From: Bacillota bacterium
Lineage (GTDB): Bacteria; Bacillota; Ch66; Ch109
DNA: 64,000 bases
Assembly (NCBI GenBank): GCA_050952625.1
Contig: JBMNLH010000001.1
Span: 64,001-128,000, forward strand
Reading direction: 5' to 3'
Part shown: piece after piece, positions 60,009-64,000 of the stretch
Position numbering within the stretch: the stretch's first letter is position 1
Layout of the letters: each line of letters starts with the position of its first letter
Translations under genes and position numbers: made by a program
The notes under the pieces: generated by a model
The model's database searches: none
What the model was told of the DNA's origin: nothing
The model's input: only the letters and a program-made list of their open reading frames with translations

Positions 60009-60937
60009 ATGCTCAAGGTAATTAAAGTTAATATCGAACTCAAACCCGTCGAACCTATTGAACTGCCAGTTTATAAAGGTTCCACCTTTCGGGGGGATTG
60101 GGCCAGGTACTTAAAGAGATGGTCTGTATCCGGCGGGACCGGCAGTGCCGTCGGTGTTCCATAAGTAATAAATGCAGCTATACCTTCGTCTTTGAAACCG
60201 CAACTTATTATGCCGGGCAGCCTCGGGATTCCGGGGGTGTGCCGCAGCCGTTTGTCTTGGAACCACCTCTGGAGGAAGAAACCAGATACGAAGTTGGCCA
60301 AACAATCAATTTCAGTTTAGTTTTGATGGGGCGGGGGGTAGATTATCTGCCCTACTTCCTGTCCGCCTTTGATTTTATGGGGGAGCGGGGAATCGGACGC
60401 CGGCGGGGTCGGTTTGAGTTGTTCCGCGTGACTGACAGCTATTCGGGAGAGGTAGTCTACGACCGGGAAAGCGGTGAGGTTAACTCGCTGTTGACCCCCC
60501 GAAACCTTTCAGACCTGCTTCTGAAAAGCGAGGCGTGCCAAAGCTGTTGCCTGACTCTGCTCACCCCGCTTCGTTTAAAACAAGGGGGCAGCCTGACCGA
60601 ACAATTCAACTTTGAATTACTCATTCGAGCTATTCTAAGGAGAATAACCTATCTCAACCAGTATTTCGGTGATCAAGAGATAGAACTGGATTATAAACAG
60701 CTTATCGATCAGGCCAAAGAGATCAAAACCAGGGCCAGAAATATAGCCTGGCGGGACTGGGAAAGGTATTCAAGCCGGCAGGATACCCGGATGAAACTGG
60801 GCGGAATAGTTGGCGACATAGAGTTCGCCGGAGAAATTACCCCTTTTTGGCCTTTTCTGTTAATGGGGCAGGAAATCCACATTGGCAAGAATACTACCTT
60901 TGGCCTGGGAAAATATTTAGTGGAACGATCAGGCTGA
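60009..60937 (+). CDS. cas6: CRISPR precrRNA endoribonuclease Cas6; apparent frameshift in G6 run at 60091-60096
   Basis: ATG60009 gives MLKVI...LPVYKGSTFRG; the protein continues in another frame as GLGQVLK..C..C..C....C.Y..FET, PQPFV, RYSSRQ and GQEIHIGKNTTFGLG. Confidence 0.9.
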
Positions 60938-61398
60938 GAGATTGAGAATGTTGAGTAGATGTTGGAAGGATAAGTAATATTTATGTCGAATTCTAATATT
61001 ATCTATTTTATTTTACCAGTTTCATATTCGATAGGTTTTGCCTATCGTAATTGATAGATAAGTAAGTGAGCCTTTTGGCCTGATTTTATAACGTTGCCCT
61101 GCACGAACGAATAGTAATCAAAATTGCAAATTCGACTCCATATAATATAAGCAATTTATATTTATTGAAGTAATGCACTTATTATTATCGCTAACCTGTT
61201 TAAGGCTAAAAATCTCTGGGAGGTTAGCGATAATGAGTAATTCAAAGAAATATGCTGAAATAAAGAGCAAGGAGGCAATAATTTTATTTGGGATGAACTG
61301 GAAAAGAGGTGATTTTCAAGTCTTTGTAGCAGGTTTTTTTGCGGTTAGCGGAATGGCACCTCGCAGCCCAGTATTATCAAGGCCTCCGGACAGCCGCT
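60938..61398 (+). promoter_or_regulatory. CRISPR leader region with SigH-like promoter at 60967-60990
   Basis: AT-rich non-coding stretch between cas6 and the first repeat; AGGA-N14-GTCGAA. Confidence 0.7.
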
Positions 61399-63221
61399 GT
61401 GAGAATGATTGACCCGCTCAGAGGGGATTGCGACGATGTACTTCTCGAAATTATCATCGGCTCGCTTGTGCCAGTGGTGAGAATGATTGACCCGCTCAGA
61501 GGGGATTGCGACGGCATTAACCTCCTCCTCCTCCTCTTCTAATTCAGTTAATCTGTGAGAATGATTGACCCGCTCAGAGGGGATTGCGACCTGTCCCCGT
61601 AAATACGAGGACTTCTCTCAGATACCTGAGGTGAGAATGATTGACCCGCTCAGAGGGGATTGCGACAATTCCTCCTTGTTTTTTTTCGGTTGGTTTAGAG
61701 ATTTCGTGAGAATGATTGACCCGCTCAGAGGGGATTGCGACTGTCACCTTTGTCAGCGTCCCCGCCATCATTGCCGGAGCCGCGTGAGAATGATTGACCC
61801 GCTCAGAGGGGATTGCGACACCAGATGCGGCCAGCATGGATCCACCGCTTGCTAAAACGTGAGAATGATTGACCCGCTCAGAGGGGATTGCGACTTTTCC
61901 TGTAATTCTGGCAATGATAAGATGTATCCAACTGTGAGAATCATTGACCCGATCAGAGGGGATTGCGACAAATAGCAATTAGAATTATTACCATGAAATT
62001 TCGGATCTGGGTGAGAATCATTGACCCGATCAGAGGGGATTGCGACTTACTAGAATAAACACTTCTCCGCGCGATTTTTTTCCTGGTGAGAATCATTGAC
62101 CCGATCAGAGGGGATTGCGACACTGGAGAGGAAGAAATAATGCTCATAATGGCATTGACTTGTGAGAATCATTGACCCGATCAGAGGGGATTGCGACCCA
62201 CTGCCGACCGGCAGCAAGCAGATTTTCATCCCCGTGAGAATCATTGACCCGATCAGAGGGGATTGCGACAAGGATTAAAGAATATAGCTCCTACAACTTT
62301 GTTGTGTGTGAGAATCATTGACCCGATCAGAGGGGATTGCGACGATATTTTTACGATTAGTCCTATCCCCTGCAGCATCGGTGAGAATCATTGACCCGAT
62401 CAGAGGGGATTGCGACGACTGCCCGCCGACCGCACTCGATGGCCGAAACCATTTTGTGAGAATCATTGACCCGATCAGAGGGGATTGCGACTTCTCCTTC
62501 TTTTTTGGTTTCGTTTCGTTTTCGACGGCTGGGTGAGAATCATTGACCCGATCAGAGGGGATTGCGACCAAAAGCAAGCTTACGACGGGATATGTTTTAG
62601 CTAGTGTGAGAATCATTGACCCGATCAGAGGGGATTGCGACAACTGAAGGTTTACGTTTTTCTTGTTATCCCAGCTAATTGTGAGAATCATTGACCCGAT
62701 CAGAGGGGATTGCGACCTATTGTTGCAGCACCACCACAACGCTCACAAATAAAAAGTGAGAATCATTGACCCGATCAGAGGGGATTGCGACCTAATGCCA
62801 TAACTTCTCAACTCATCAATTGATTTCGGTGAGAATCATTGACCCGATCAGAGGGGATTGCGACATATTTTTCCTCCCATGGCTGGAACGGGTCAGAACG
62901 GTGTGAGAATCATTGACCCGATCAGAGGGGATTGCGACACACAAACTCTGGAACCCTCTCCCCGTCCTGCCTCTTTGCGTGAGAATCATTGACCCGATCA
63001 GAGGGGATTGCGACCTTGAAACTCATCGCACATCGCTCACTTTCTCTTATTTGTGAGAATCATTGACCCGATCAGAGGGGATTGCGACTTTTAGAGCAGG
63101 TCGCTTAGCAGGATTTTTCTCCTTTTTTGTGAGAATCATTGACCCGATCAGAGGGGATTGCGACACTCACTGTTCCCTTTTTATGCCCCATGATGATATC
63201 CCAAGGGGAGAATCATTGACC
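61399..63221 (+). CRISPR. CRISPR array: 24 full 36-bp repeats, 1 degenerate terminal repeat, 24 spacers
   Basis: Repeats 1-7 GTGAGAATGATTGACCCGCTCAGAGGGGATTGCGAC; repeats 8-24 GTGAGAATCATTGACCCGATCAGAGGGGATTGCGAC; spacers 36-42 nt. The degenerate repeat at 63206 and the ATTGCGAC 3' end indicate + orientation. Confidence 0.99.
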
Positions 63222-63294
63222 AGATTCGCCGAATTATTTACTTTACCCAAAACAACTAGGTGGGTTAGATGGCAAGCTAATTCAGGTTAATGGC

Positions 63295-63320
63295 AGCCTC
63301 AGTTATTGGGGCTTTTTTTA
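63295..63320 (+). terminator. Intrinsic terminator after CRISPR array
   Basis: agcctcagttattggggct hairpin followed by a T run. Confidence 0.65.
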
Positions 63321-63333
63321 TTGCCCCCTATCT

Positions 63334-63366
63334 GGAAACTTTTTTTCGGCTAGTTGAATTTATAAT
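63334..63366 (+). promoter_or_regulatory. Putative WYL-activator site plus -10 box, copy 2
   Basis: GGAAACTTTTTTTCGGCT, with TATAAT 11 nt after the CGG; same as 53701-53733. Confidence 0.7.
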
Positions 63367-63423
63367 TTATTAGGGTGATCGGTTAACTTGTCATTGCAAC
63401 TTCTATCAAGGAGGTTAAAAGAA

Positions 63424-64000
63424 ATGGGTTTTCTAAAGGATTTAGGCAGTCTCACCGGCAGCATTGCAGGGGTGGTTTTGTCTACTCCAGTGACTTTGGC
63501 TGGTGGTTTTTTTGATAGTGATACCTTAAAGGAGGCGGCTCGCGGGATACACTATGTTACCGCCAGTACTGGTTCCTTAATCGGTCAAACCGTCAGTGGC
63601 GGTCTGGATGTGGTGGAAGGAGTTTTAACTAGGAATGACAGGATAAGTCAGCAGGGTCTTGATGAGGTTGGTGATTCTTTTAAAACTGTTATCAATGGGG
63701 TAATTGGTGGTACCGCTAGTCTCTTGGATAATAGTGGTAAAGTAATTACTGGGGTATTTGAGGGTGATACGGCCACCGCAATGCAAGGAGCTAAAAATCT
63801 TGCTAAATTTGGCATAATTACGGCCATCGGAATTGGGCTGGCTGATGCGATTGGGATTGTTGATGTAAATGGGAATGAGACGGTAGCCCACGCTCAAGTA
63901 CCTAGTAGTTTTAGTTATGATCAAGATGATGCTGTTTTGGATTATTCAGATATTGGTGAACCGCATGGGCTAGTACCGGACGTTCCGGTTGATGACATTC
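63424..64000 (+). CDS. Gly-rich amphipathic hypothetical protein (3' end outside window)
   Basis: AAGGAGG RBS, ATG63424, open to the window end: MGFLKDLGSLTGSIAGVVLSTPVTLAGGFFDSDTLKEAARG...GAKNLAKFGIITAIGIGLADAIG..., then an acidic linker. Not in the ORF track. Confidence 0.8.
   Translation, partial: MGFLKDLGSLTGSIAGVVLSTPVTLAGGFFDSDTLKEAARGIHYVTASTGSLIGQTVSGGLDVVEGVLTRNDRISQQGLDEVGDSFKTVINGVIGGTASLLDNSGKVITGVFEGDTATAMQGAKNLAKFGIITAIGIGLADAIGIVDVNGNETVAHAQVPSSFSYDQDDAVLDYSDIGEPHGLVPDVPVDDI

Noticed and set aside
2315-60305. Many short overlapping or antisense ORFs in the ORF track (e.g. 2315-2923, 18240-18821, 20167-20604, 25924-26343, 57900-58358)
   Set aside because: They overlap well-supported genes and lack RBSs or recognisable motifs.
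61339-63290. ORFs within the CRISPR array
   Set aside because: They are translations of repeats and spacers.
63625-63924. 99-aa minus-strand ORF
   Set aside because: Antisense shadow of the + strand ORF from 63424, which has an RBS and a promoter.
1-64000. tRNA/rRNA genes, prophage, integrase or transposase genes
   Set aside because: None recognised by eye; a tRNAscan or HMM search would be needed to exclude them formally.

Overview
A 64 kb chromosomal window from a roughly 50% GC, spore-forming anaerobic Bacillota (Clostridia-like; inferred from gene content). The first 50 kb is mostly metabolic: a CaiB CoA-transferase, an AmmeMemoRadiSam pair, an argC-argJ-argB-argF cluster ending in an ArcE-type arginine synthetase instead of argG/argH, a c-di-GMP-I riboswitch, rnpB, fdhD-mobB-RACo-methyltransferase, nfnAB, a cysteine desulfurase/DUF3343/SufCB/LysR block and MoxR-VWA. 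The last 14 kb holds the most interesting locus: a LexA-type box, two tandem PafBC-like WYL regulators, a zinc-ribbon microprotein, a type III-A CRISPR-Cas operon (cas10, csm2-5, cas6; no cas1/cas2 or csm6/csx1 in the window), a 24-spacer array whose repeat changes partway along, and a Gly-rich ORF cut by the window end. An identical 18-bp motif lies 11 nt (counted from its CGG) before a TATAAT box on both sides of the CRISPR locus, suggesting a WYL-activated, damage-inducible regulon. Several dispersed repeat families and five single-base frameshifts (probably assembly errors) are also present. All calls come from reading the sequence; no database searches were run.
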